Positions 19,107 through 27,899 of a stretch of DNA of 64,000 nt are shown piece after piece. The notes under the pieces were generated by a model. That model saw only the letters and a program-made list of their open reading frames with translations. It had not been told where the DNA came from and searched no databases. Made by a program: the position numbers and the translations under genes. The stretch lies in the sequence record DRR378314_807. One strand, 5' to 3'. Each line of letters opens with the position of its first letter. Within the stretch, counting starts at the first letter, position 1.

Positions 19107-19249
19107 TAACAAAATCCTATTAATAGTGAGTGACTGCCAGGGTTGCTACCAAACGAAAGCACGTATGATAGATGTGGTAGTGTTTCAATAGGATTTCGTT
19201 TAACTTACAGTTTTATTAAGCTTATTGTATTAAGGTATTAATTCAAAAG

Positions 19250-19984
19250 TCAGGCTGCAATAACATCTCGGGCCGCATGGGTCATTTTCACTAATTGCTT
19301 TCTGACCTCACCAGAGGTCACACAGTCCGTTTCAAAAGGAATGAAAACACTGCGTTCATCGGCAATTAGATGGAACCCGTCCGGATAAATACTGCTCATT
19401 TTGACGCTACCTGCATAGTTCCTGAACTCCACTTTCTGGTGGCGCAAAATAAGGCCACAAGCGTCAGCATGGTCATCATTCATATGCTGGATCATCTGCA
19501 ATGCGTCTGTTGAATTCCATTGGGGGTCAGGTAGCAGCCATTCAGCAGGGTTTATCCAGAAAATTTTGCCGAAGCCACCAATATAACGAATGTGCTCAAC
19601 GTCCATTTGCCAGAATTTAAAGTCATGAGCATCGCGATAACTTAAAGCGTCGGGGAAACGCTGGAAGTACAATTCCCCTAAAGACTCATCCACTAAAAAC
19701 CGGGCATTTCCTGTTAACGTCAGTCGCCCGTGAGTATTCTGGTCACCGCTTTCAGCCGCATCGAACACGGTAATACTTAAACGGTTATCTACTGATAAAT
19801 TACGGGCATGCTGGGCAATATCAGACACATAAAATATGACCTGACCTTCTGCAGAAAGCATAAACGGTGATACCGAACCGAACGGATATCCCAGTAACTT
19901 CTTTGAGATAGTGGACAGAACAGAGGTATCGTTATTTTGCGCTAGTACTCGCGCTTCTCGCGCCGCTTTTATTCGTTCATTCAT
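19250..19984 (-). CDS. HugZ/HutZ-family haem utilisation protein (PNPOx-like + DUF2470)
   Basis: GYPFGSV, SDIAQHARN, YIGGFGKIFW, HMNDDH; last gene of the hmu operon. Confidence 0.85.
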   Translation of the reverse strand: MNERIKAAREARVLAQNNDTSVLSTISKKLLGYPFGSVSPFMLSAEGQVIFYVSDIAQHARNLSVDNRLSITVFDAAESGDQNTHGRLTLTGNARFLVDESLGELYFQRFPDALSYRDAHDFKFWQMDVEHIRYIGGFGKIFWINPAEWLLPDPQWNSTDALQMIQHMNDDHADACGLILRHQKVEFRNYAGSVKMSSIYPDGFHLIADERSVFIPFETDCVTSGEVRKQLVKMTHAARDVIAA

Positions 19985-19997
19985 TATAAAATACTCC

Positions 19998-20774
19998 CTA
20001 ATGTCTTGGCTCGGTGAAAATCATTGGCTTTAAAAAGCTTGGATGCGAGCTGACGTGCACCGGTGTACGATAGGTTCTTTCCAGAATATCTTCCCGAAAA
20101 ACACTCTCGGGACTGTCAACATGCTGAATACAGTTATTGCCTAAAACTATGACCTGGTCGGCATACAACGAGGCCAGGTTTAAATCGTGCATAACCGACA
20201 GAACCAGGTTGCCTTTTTGGCTGAACGACTTAATTTCATGCAACACCGCATGTTGATGATACACATCCAGTGCGGAGGTCGGCTCATCCAATAGCAACAA
20301 TTGTTCGCCAGGCAAATCTTTATCTAACTGACATAAACACCGGGCTAAATGTGCCCGCTGTTGTTCACCACCAGACAAGGTTTCAATGCCACGCTCCCCC
20401 ATTGGAGTTAAATCAAAGCGGCTTAACCATTGGGTTGCGCGTTGCTCCGCATCGGCATCAGACTCCTGTGACCAGTATCGTCCCATGGCCACCAGTTCCT
20501 TAACCGATAACCCTTCAGGCGCGGCCTGGTGCTGCTCCATAACCGCCCTTATCGGCGCCAGTTTCAAAGCATCCCACGAGTTCAGTTCTCTTCCATTTAA
20601 GTAAATAGAACCGTTATAAGGAAGCTCCCCTGCTAACATATTTAAAAAGGTGGACTTACCCGCACCGTTTTCGCCGACAATAGCAACAAATTGGTGGGCT
20701 TCTAAACTTAGGTTCAGTGACGTTAACACTTGCTGCCGACCAATAGATAGATTCGACACATCGATATCAAGCAT
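19998..20774 (-). CDS. hmuV: Haem ABC transporter ATPase
   Basis: GENGAGKST, LSGGEQQR, LLLDEPTSALD, HDLNLA. Confidence 0.92.
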   Translation of the reverse strand: MLDIDVSNLSIGRQQVLTSLNLSLEAHQFVAIVGENGAGKSTFLNMLAGELPYNGSIYLNGRELNSWDALKLAPIRAVMEQHQAAPEGLSVKELVAMGRYWSQESDADAEQRATQWLSRFDLTPMGERGIETLSGGEQQRAHLARCLCQLDKDLPGEQLLLLDEPTSALDVYHQHAVLHEIKSFSQKGNLVLSVMHDLNLASLYADQVIVLGNNCIQHVDSPESVFREDILERTYRTPVHVSSHPSFLKPMIFTEPRH

Positions 20775-21783
20775 AAAACCTCCGTCGTTGCTTCATAAGC
20801 AAATAAATAAAAAATGGCGCGCCGATAGCCGCCGTAATAATGCCAATAGGTAATTCCGCCGGAGCAACCAGAGTTTTTGCCAACCAGTCAGTAAGCACTA
20901 AAATGGCTGCGCCAAACAACATGGATACCGGCATTAGCCAACGCACATTAGCGCCAACCAGCATTCGTGCAATGTGGGGAATAATCAGTCCGATAAAGCC
21001 AATCATGCCGGTTAAGGCAACAGCTCCGCCTACACCAAGTGCAACGAAAAAAATTATCCGACGCTTCAGAGTGCCGACATTAACGCCCAGGTAACGCGCT
21101 TGTCGTTCACCTAAAAGCAGTGTGTTAATTGCCCGGCGGTGAATAAAGAGTGCAACGCAGCTAACGCCCATAAACAAAAAGCCAAGTGGTAACTGTTGCC
21201 AGTCGGCTCCGGCCAGAGAGCCCATCTGCCAGAAACTCATAAGCCTCAGGGCGTCATCGTTAGCGTAGTAGCTGAGCAACCCGAGAATGGAACCGGCCAG
21301 CGCATTGATGGCAACACCTGCCAGCAGTAAGGTGGCAACATGAACTCCGGAACGCCCACCAGCCAAATGGTAAACCACAAAGGTGGTCAGCAGAGCGCCG
21401 ATAAAAGCTGCGCCGGAAACCCAAAGCTGTCCCTGTAACCCGAACTCGGGACCTAAGGCAATAACTGCCAGTGCGAATACAGCCGCTCCCCCCGAAATAC
21501 CAATGAGCCCGGGGTCAGCCAGCGGATTACGACACAAGGTTTGCATTGCAGTACCACTTTGCGCCAACACCGCGCCCACCATTAGTCCTAAAACCAACCG
21601 GGGTAACCGAATATCGATTAATACCGTCTTTTGGATATCAGTAGCTTCAGACAAGACTCCCGGTAACCAGATAAAGGGCAACCGCCAGTCCGACATCACC
21701 GGTCCGCTGGAAAGCAACAGAACGCTGCTGACAGCAATACCCATAACACCGACGAGTAACCAATAGCGACGTTCAAGCGGCAT
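20767..21783 (-). CDS. hmuU: Haem ABC transporter permease (FecCD family)
   Basis: IRLPR, RNPLADPGLIG, GMIGFIGLIIPH, ELPIGIITA. Confidence 0.92.
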   Translation of the reverse strand: MPLERRYWLLVGVMGIAVSSVLLLSSGPVMSDWRLPFIWLPGVLSEATDIQKTVLIDIRLPRLVLGLMVGAVLAQSGTAMQTLCRNPLADPGLIGISGGAAVFALAVIALGPEFGLQGQLWVSGAAFIGALLTTFVVYHLAGGRSGVHVATLLLAGVAINALAGSILGLLSYYANDDALRLMSFWQMGSLAGADWQQLPLGFLFMGVSCVALFIHRRAINTLLLGERQARYLGVNVGTLKRRIIFFVALGVGGAVALTGMIGFIGLIIPHIARMLVGANVRWLMPVSMLFGAAILVLTDWLAKTLVAPAELPIGIITAAIGAPFFIYLLMKQRRRFYA

Positions 21784-21787
21784 AGTC

Positions 21788-22663
21788 TTACTCCCGGCCC
21801 GCCGCTAATTCATTGGCAAACTCAGCAACCACTCGTTGCGCCTCTGCAATGCGGGTTGTCATACCCAACGCCAGCAACGAGTCCATAACCAAAACCCGGC
21901 AATTCTTCCCTGCTTCCAGTAGCTTAAGTGCCTGCGCCTGACAAAACGCTTCTTTACTGCCGTGGCTTTTAACCACGTGCTCAGGAGCAACTAAAAAATC
22001 AGGCTGTTCTGCCAGTAAATATTCAGTAGAAACGGTCTTGAATCCGACGTGAGAAAACACGTTGTTAATATCGGAGTAACTGAAAAGCAAATCCGGTACT
22101 GTATCCGTCCCGGCTGCCACCACGCCTCGCTCTGACGCCTGCAGAACGAACAGAGCCTTCAAAGGCTCTTTACGCGAGCTAGTCGTCGTCAAATCCGACT
22201 TGATACCGGCAATCACCTGCTTTCCTTCGGCTTGCGCACCGAAGCGATCCGCCATGTTTTCAATTAGCTCGTACAGCTCCTGAAGCGACGTCGGCTTATC
22301 AAATACAACCACAGAAACTCCGGCCCCCTCAATTTGCTGCAAAACTTTATCGCTACCGCCGCCTTCAAGCACCCACAGGTGTTCAGGCTCAAAACTCAGA
22401 ACGCCCTCAGCGGATAAATTACGGTAGTAACCAACCTTCGGTAACCGGTTAACAGCCGCAGGCGAAGTACTGGAAGTATCTACGCCAATCAGGCTGTCGT
22501 CTTTATGCAGCGCAAACACGATGTCGGTTAAGGTTCCGCCTGCGGTTATTAACTGGTTAACGTCCGTATCCAGCGTATCTTCAGCCTGGCCGAACCACGA
22601 AAACAACAATAGAAAAGCGGCTCCGGCATGAACCAGAAACTGTCGTCCTGTCATCACAATCAA
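21788..22663 (-). CDS. hmuT: Periplasmic haem-binding protein
   Basis: GVDTSS, VGYYRNLSAEGVLS (Tyr haem ligand region). Confidence 0.88.
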   Translation of the reverse strand: MIVMTGRQFLVHAGAAFLLLFSWFGQAEDTLDTDVNQLITAGGTLTDIVFALHKDDSLIGVDTSSTSPAAVNRLPKVGYYRNLSAEGVLSFEPEHLWVLEGGGSDKVLQQIEGAGVSVVVFDKPTSLQELYELIENMADRFGAQAEGKQVIAGIKSDLTTTSSRKEPLKALFVLQASERGVVAAGTDTVPDLLFSYSDINNVFSHVGFKTVSTEYLLAEQPDFLVAPEHVVKSHGSKEAFCQAQALKLLEAGKNCRVLVMDSLLALGMTTRIAEAQRVVAEFANELAAGRE

Positions 22664-22718
22664 ACTCCTGAATTAGATTTTCTTTTTTGTCCTAAATCAA
22701 AAATAGTAACTTTCACTT

Positions 22719-22737
22719 GCAAATGCAAATCATTTTC
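22719..22737. promoter_or_regulatory. Fur box in the divergent hmuT / haem receptor promoter
   Basis: GCAAATGCAAATCATTTTC, 14/19 match to GATAATGATAATCATTATC. Confidence 0.75.
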
Positions 22738-22793
22738 GTTTAGATCTTATTGATTTTTTCATACGACGTGTTAATCAGGATTGGAGATGAAAA

Positions 22794-24911
22794 GTGACTA
22801 AAGGACATAAGACAACTCACGGCTTTGCAAAAAGCTTATTGGCGACAGCCATTTTCGCTACCTTACAAACCACTGTTTACGCAGCTGACTTGGCAAAACC
22901 CACGCTGGAAACCGATGAAATACTGGTAGTAACCGGCTCCCGCAGTAAAGAAAAACTGGAAGATGTTGCCGGTGCAGTCAGTGTTGTGACAGCCGAAGAA
23001 ATTGATATTCAGGTTAGTAACAGTCTGTCGGATATTTTTCGTTATGACCCCAGCATTAGTTCAACCGGCAGCCAGGGTCAGGCACAAACCCTGTCAATAC
23101 GAGGCATTGGCGGTAACCGGGTGGTGTACATTAAAGACGGCCGACGCTTAAACGATGCCTATGCCGGCGGTGGCGGGTATCTGGTTGGCCGGGGTTACCT
23201 GGACGTCTCACAATTGAGTCAAGTTGAAGTTGCTAAGGCCGCAGCATCGCCACTTTACGGCTCAGACGGATTGGGTGGGGTTATTGTTCTGACAACGCCA
23301 GACCCTGACGATATGCTACAGGGTGAGTCAAACGCACTCTCCCTGCAGGTGGGTTTTGATAGCATTGCAGACGAACGCAGTTTAGGTGTGCAGGCGGCAA
23401 AACAGTTTTCCGGGTCGCAGGCATCCATTCAGCTCACCGCCCGCAAAGGAAACGAAACCCAGAACTATGAAGAGTCGTTACCGGAGTTTGATTACGACAG
23501 TGTTGGTGTGCTGGCTAAGTGGGCTATCGCGCTTGAGAATAACAATGAACTTAAGTTTACTCTGGATCACTACCAGCAAAACAATGAGCAGTTGCAGGAG
23601 CCGCCGGAGCAAACCGAAGATAAAGACAAACAAACCGCCTTTTCCATCGACTATCTCAATAATAACAGCAACTGGCTGACCGATACTCAGCACTGGCAGT
23701 TGTATTTGAGTCACTACGAGCAAAACAGTGACCAGATAGTGCAAGGCGCAGATCAAAGCGGTCCTTATATCGACAATAACGATTACGGCTTTGAACAACG
23801 TATTATTGGTGCTCGCTGGCAGGGCGAAACCCTGTTGTCCGGCAACCAAGTGGAACAAGACCTGGTATTTGGGTTCGATGTTGACTACTACGACACGGAA
23901 CGACCACGCTTTAAAACCCGCACCGCAGCAGACGGCACCTTACTGCAGGACAACGAACCGCAAAAAGCCTTTCCTGGTGCAGAAACTTGGTTAGCCGGGC
24001 TCTTCCTGCAGGACAACATTCAACTGAAAGATAGCCCAATTAAATTCATTGCCGGTGTCCGTATCGACCATTACCGCATGACGCCTCAGGACAATGCACT
24101 CTACGATATGTCGCTATTAAGTGATATACGTGAAACGGCTCTGTCACCTAAACTGGCGGCTATATACACTTTCTCAAATGATATTCGAGGATACGTTCAA
24201 TACGCCGAAGGCTTTAAAATTCCACCTCATGATCAGGCCTACCAGAACCACGGCATCGAACCTTTTTATGCCATATTGCCTAATCCCGACTTAGATCCTG
24301 AGAGCAGCCGTTCACTGGAAACCGGCCTGAAATTTGCGGACAACAGCACTCGCTGGAATCTGTCAGCCTTTTACAGCAAGTTTGACGACTTTATCGATAC
24401 TCAGGTCGTCGGAACCAGTCCCACCTACATTCCGGGTGTGGATCGCGTTGAGTACCAGTATGTTAATAAAGACGAAGTGACAATAAAAGGCGTTGAAGCC
24501 TCAGTGACTCACTGGCTGAATGACAACATTCAATTAGCTTCTTCAGTGGCCTACACAACCGGCAAGGATGAAACAACAGACGACTACCTGACCACTCTGT
24601 CACCGCTTTCCGGTAATGCTTCAGTGGGTTACCACGGCAATGACTGGTATGTACGCGGCGTTGTTACCGCAGTAGATAGCATGAGTCGCGTTCCAACCGA
24701 TGAATCTATTCAAACACCGGGCTACGCAACCGTTGATGTGCTGGCAGGTATCACACTGACAAACTGGCAAGTTAACCTTGCGGCGCGTAACTTAACAGAT
24801 AAATATTATGTGCCCTACCAGAGCGTGGCAGGACTTCAGAGCGAAGCCTCTACGGAACAGTACAGTCAGCCCGGACGTTCGTTTGGGGTGCAGGTGAAAT
24901 ACACTTTTTAG
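22794..24911 (+). CDS. TonB-dependent haem/haemoglobin receptor
   Basis: EILVVTGSR TonB box, LYGSDGLGGV, GFKIP and PNPDLDPE (FRAP/NPNL-like), terminal YTF; divergent from hmuTUV. Confidence 0.9.
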   Translation: MTKGHKTTHGFAKSLLATAIFATLQTTVYAADLAKPTLETDEILVVTGSRSKEKLEDVAGAVSVVTAEEIDIQVSNSLSDIFRYDPSISSTGSQGQAQTLSIRGIGGNRVVYIKDGRRLNDAYAGGGGYLVGRGYLDVSQLSQVEVAKAAASPLYGSDGLGGVIVLTTPDPDDMLQGESNALSLQVGFDSIADERSLGVQAAKQFSGSQASIQLTARKGNETQNYEESLPEFDYDSVGVLAKWAIALENNNELKFTLDHYQQNNEQLQEPPEQTEDKDKQTAFSIDYLNNNSNWLTDTQHWQLYLSHYEQNSDQIVQGADQSGPYIDNNDYGFEQRIIGARWQGETLLSGNQVEQDLVFGFDVDYYDTERPRFKTRTAADGTLLQDNEPQKAFPGAETWLAGLFLQDNIQLKDSPIKFIAGVRIDHYRMTPQDNALYDMSLLSDIRETALSPKLAAIYTFSNDIRGYVQYAEGFKIPPHDQAYQNHGIEPFYAILPNPDLDPESSRSLETGLKFADNSTRWNLSAFYSKFDDFIDTQVVGTSPTYIPGVDRVEYQYVNKDEVTIKGVEASVTHWLNDNIQLASSVAYTTGKDETTDDYLTTLSPLSGNASVGYHGNDWYVRGVVTAVDSMSRVPTDESIQTPGYATVDVLAGITLTNWQVNLAARNLTDKYYVPYQSVAGLQSEASTEQYSQPGRSFGVQVKYTF

Positions 24912-24923
24912 TCTAAAACAGCC

Positions 24924-24950
24924 AAAAAAAAGCCCCCAAATATTGGGGGC
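24924..24950 (-). terminator. Intrinsic terminator
   Basis: GCCCCCAA-ATA-TTGGGGGC hairpin (24932-24950) with an 8-U tail on the minus strand. Confidence 0.85.
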
Positions 24951-24994
24951 ATAAAAACTTAACCAGGGAGTATAACCAAACAATGTTAAGTTGT
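24924..24994 (-). ncRNA. Candidate ~70-nt small RNA with a Pho-box promoter
   Basis: Minus strand: TCGTCTA-AAAA-CTGTCAT, 10 bp, TAACAT (-10), then stem AACTTAAC/GTTAAGTT enclosing ACTCCCT, then a strong terminator. Confidence 0.5.
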
Positions 24995-24999
24995 GGTGC

Positions 25000-25033
25000 A
25001 TGTTAAAGATTAAATATGACAGTTTTTAGACGA
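25000..25033 (-). promoter_or_regulatory. Pho-box-like promoter overlapping the FTR1 stop codon
   Basis: Perfect CTGTCAT half-site (25016-25022), a weaker GTC-core half-site 11 bp upstream, and -10 TAACAT (25000-25005) at the canonical 10-bp distance. Confidence 0.55.
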
Positions 25034-26927
25034 CTTTATTCAATTTTGATGAAACCTGCCGTTTAAATAAAGCCATCACAAGAATCAAATACACCAATTG
25101 CGCACCTAAGGTCTCCCAGCTGGCGTAAATACCCAGCCAGTCGAAGGTTACATCCACTGGAAACGCCGTATGACTAAACCAGGCAGCTTCCTGCAGGGCG
25201 CTAACGCCTTTGCCCAGCAAAACAAAGACCAGAGCCAGAATAATGTACGTTGTGAACTTGAAAAACGTATTCATTGGCAGTTTGACTGAGTATTTAATGA
25301 CAGCCCAGGCCACTACCGCCAGAACCACCAGGCCAAAGACAAAACCGTAGGCGACACTGCTGCCATTGTCCTGCGCCTGCAACAATAAAGACTGATAGAA
25401 CAATACGGTTTCAAACACTTCTCGATACACAGCTAAAAAGGCAAGGCCGGCAAGACCCCATAAAGCGCCCTGCTTTAGCTGAGTCTGCACTTTTTCCTGA
25501 ATAAAGCGTTGCCACTGCTGCGACTGGGTTTTGCTGTGCATCCAGTAACCCACATAGAACAGTATGACGGCGGCCAGCAGCGCGGCTCCACCTTCAATAA
25601 TCTCGCGGCTGGCACCACTAATGCTGATGAAGTATTCCGCCACCAGCCAAGTGCCGACACCCGCAATCAGCGCCGTGATCCATCCCGCGTGCACATAGCG
25701 CAGTCCGTCTTTGCGTCCGGAGCGCGCCAGTACTGTGCCAATTGCCAGAACAATGAGTAAGGCTTCAAGCCCTTCGCGTAACAGAATAACGGCACTTGCC
25801 GCAAACAATGCGGATTCTGACAGCTTATCTTCCGACAACGTATTCGCCGCGACATCCAGTTCCTGTTGCAACTTCGCAGTCATTTGTTCGACCTGCTGCA
25901 GCTTGCCGGGTTTACTGATAACTCCACGCAACGCCATCATGTCACGTTCTATGGTTCGCATTAGCTCCGGAGCTTTGGCATTAAGGGAGTTTTCAGCTAA
26001 CTCGAAACCATCGAGATACGCCGAAATAGCCAACCGCTTAGCTTCGCTATAATTGTCTTGTTGGTACGCCTTTAAAGCTTGGCCAAGGGTTGTGCGGGCA
26101 ATTGCAATAGGACTGTTTACTGAGCTTTCAGAAAAGTAATCACGAGCGTGAGTGCGCGAGTAATCAATAGCGTTAGACGAAATGCCGCGCTGCAATAAGG
26201 TATTCGGGCTGTAATTAATTAACTCGCTCAGCGCCACCTTTTGCTCAGAGTCAGCACTGTCATTAAACGCCAGACTGCCCACGTAGAAAGTTAACGCCCA
26301 CCGCTCTTCTTCGCTTAAATGACTAAAAGACGCCATTGCCGTACCGTCGATGCCATCGGAAACAGCGTCAAACAACCCAAGTAATGAGCGGTTATTGGCG
26401 CGTTCACGGTCGGTAAAGTTAGTGGGGGCAGGCTCCAACCCGGTAGCACCAGGGCCATCACCCTGACCGGCAGCACCATGACAGACTGAGCAGTTTTGTT
26501 GAAATAACTGCTCAACGTGCTTTTCGTTTGCCAGCTTTGACGGGAGGCTTAGCTTTGGCAAAGCCGACAGCAATGTGTCTCTTAGCTCACTGGTTAGCGC
26601 AACCACCGCTTCCGGGTCGGCTTTGTTATTAATCAACTGCTTGAGCTTGTTCACCAACTGACGCATTTCAGCTTGCACCGCCTGCGGCGCCTGTTCAGTC
26701 TTTTCACCAATAAGGCCGGCGAACTCAGTCATTTCGCTGTATTCATCGGGATTAATGACTTCACCATTGGCTACCGCTTCGGAATAATCTACGCCAACGT
26801 ATTCCGCCAGCTGCAATAACTGACGCATGTCAGAACTTTGAGTATCCGCTGAAGAACTGGCCAAAGCCTGACCGGAGAAAAGTAATGTGCCTATTAAGGC
26901 AATAGGGAAAAAGAATCGGGAAAACAC
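25026..26927 (-). CDS. Cytochrome c / FTR1-family iron permease (PbrT-like)
   Basis: Signal peptide, CSVCH haem-c motif, REGLE and REVFE iron-permease motifs. Confidence 0.92.
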   Translation of the reverse strand: MFSRFFFPIALIGTLLFSGQALASSSADTQSSDMRQLLQLAEYVGVDYSEAVANGEVINPDEYSEMTEFAGLIGEKTEQAPQAVQAEMRQLVNKLKQLINNKADPEAVVALTSELRDTLLSALPKLSLPSKLANEKHVEQLFQQNCSVCHGAAGQGDGPGATGLEPAPTNFTDRERANNRSLLGLFDAVSDGIDGTAMASFSHLSEEERWALTFYVGSLAFNDSADSEQKVALSELINYSPNTLLQRGISSNAIDYSRTHARDYFSESSVNSPIAIARTTLGQALKAYQQDNYSEAKRLAISAYLDGFELAENSLNAKAPELMRTIERDMMALRGVISKPGKLQQVEQMTAKLQQELDVAANTLSEDKLSESALFAASAVILLREGLEALLIVLAIGTVLARSGRKDGLRYVHAGWITALIAGVGTWLVAEYFISISGASREIIEGGAALLAAVILFYVGYWMHSKTQSQQWQRFIQEKVQTQLKQGALWGLAGLAFLAVYREVFETVLFYQSLLLQAQDNGSSVAYGFVFGLVVLAVVAWAVIKYSVKLPMNTFFKFTTYIILALVFVLLGKGVSALQEAAWFSHTAFPVDVTFDWLGIYASWETLGAQLVYLILVMALFKRQVSSKLNKVV

Positions 26928-26989
26928 GAGTACTCCTCAAGGCTCATGTCATAATCAGGCTTAAAATTATACAGGAACCTTGAGAAGTA

Positions 26990-27008
26990 TTAAATGATAA
27001 CTATTGTT
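26990..27008. promoter_or_regulatory. Possible Fur box upstream of the FTR1 permease
   Basis: TTAAATGATAACTATTGTT, 12/19 match to the Fur consensus, upstream of an iron transporter. Confidence 0.5.
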
Positions 27009-27041
27009 GTTTGTCTTTAAAGTCTCTTAATCTGAGCTAAA

Positions 27042-27716
27042 TCAATACGCCGGCATTAAGAACACTTCGCGCACACAATTACGCGGATTCGCATTGATTG
27101 AATACAATACCGCATCGGCAACATCTTCAGGAGCCAGTTTGTCCGGCTTAGGTTCGTCGAAGAACGGCGTATTGACCATACCCGGTGCTATGGTTGTGCA
27201 GCGGCCGTTCCACTCTTTCATTTCTTCGGCCAGGTTCTGGGCAAAGCCATGCACAAACCACTTAGTCGCACCATAGACCGAACCTTTTAGCGTAATTCGC
27301 CCGGCGGCAGAACCTGTCATTAAAAAGTGACCGGTGGTTTTACGTAAATGCGGCAAAGTCAGTTTAGCCGTGTACAGAAGACCATTGATATTCACATCCA
27401 CCATAGACTTCCACTCGTCCGGGTCGCCCTCTTCTGTTCCAGCGGTCGAAACCCCGGTTCCGGCGTTAGCGAATACCGCATCCAGCTGACCAAACTTATC
27501 TACGCCCTGCTTTACAGCCTCGGCTAACTGGTCATAATTTCCGGCATCAGCAGCGACACCAATAGCATTATCCGCACCAAACTCCTTAACCAGCGCATCC
27601 AGTTTTTCTTTCCGGCGCGCCGTTAATATCAGCTTTAATCCCTCTTTCGCCGCTTTTCGGGCTGTAGCTTCACCAATGCCGCTTGAGGCACCTGTTATCA
27701 ATAATACTTTGGACAT
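27042..27716 (-). CDS. Short-chain dehydrogenase/reductase
   Basis: TGASSGIG, ANAG, YGATK, PGMVNT. Confidence 0.92.
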   Translation of the reverse strand: MSKVLLITGASSGIGEATARKAAKEGLKLILTARRKEKLDALVKEFGADNAIGVAADAGNYDQLAEAVKQGVDKFGQLDAVFANAGTGVSTAGTEEGDPDEWKSMVDVNINGLLYTAKLTLPHLRKTTGHFLMTGSAAGRITLKGSVYGATKWFVHGFAQNLAEEMKEWNGRCTTIAPGMVNTPFFDEPKPDKLAPEDVADAVLYSINANPRNCVREVFLMPAY

Positions 27717-27837
27717 ACTTCCTCCTTAAATTCGTGTTTCTAGCTCTATTGTACTCTTTCATTTCGCTTAGCGATCAACAACGGATAATAACGCACTGCG
27801 CTTTATACCCTTTCGAAGAAAAAACCAACATGTTATT

Positions 27838-27856
27838 GATACTGATTCGCATTTAC
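27838..27856. promoter_or_regulatory. Fur box upstream of a TonB-dependent receptor
   Basis: GATACTGATTCGCATTTAC (reverse complement GTAAATGCGAATCAGTATC), 14/19 match to consensus. Confidence 0.65.
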
Positions 27857-27899
27857 ATTAAAGTAACGTTTTTATTATAGCTGACTCACAAGTGAAACC

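Noticed and set aside
19200-19240. CTTAAT repeats or a Pho box upstream of the first TBDR
   Set aside because: Repeats are 14 bp apart rather than 11, and there is no -10 at the 10-bp position seen in the other boxes.
24792-25001. 69-aa minus-strand ORF over the sRNA candidate
   Set aside because: Runs through a strong terminator and antisense into the haem receptor; no SD; its ATG lies within the predicted -10 region.
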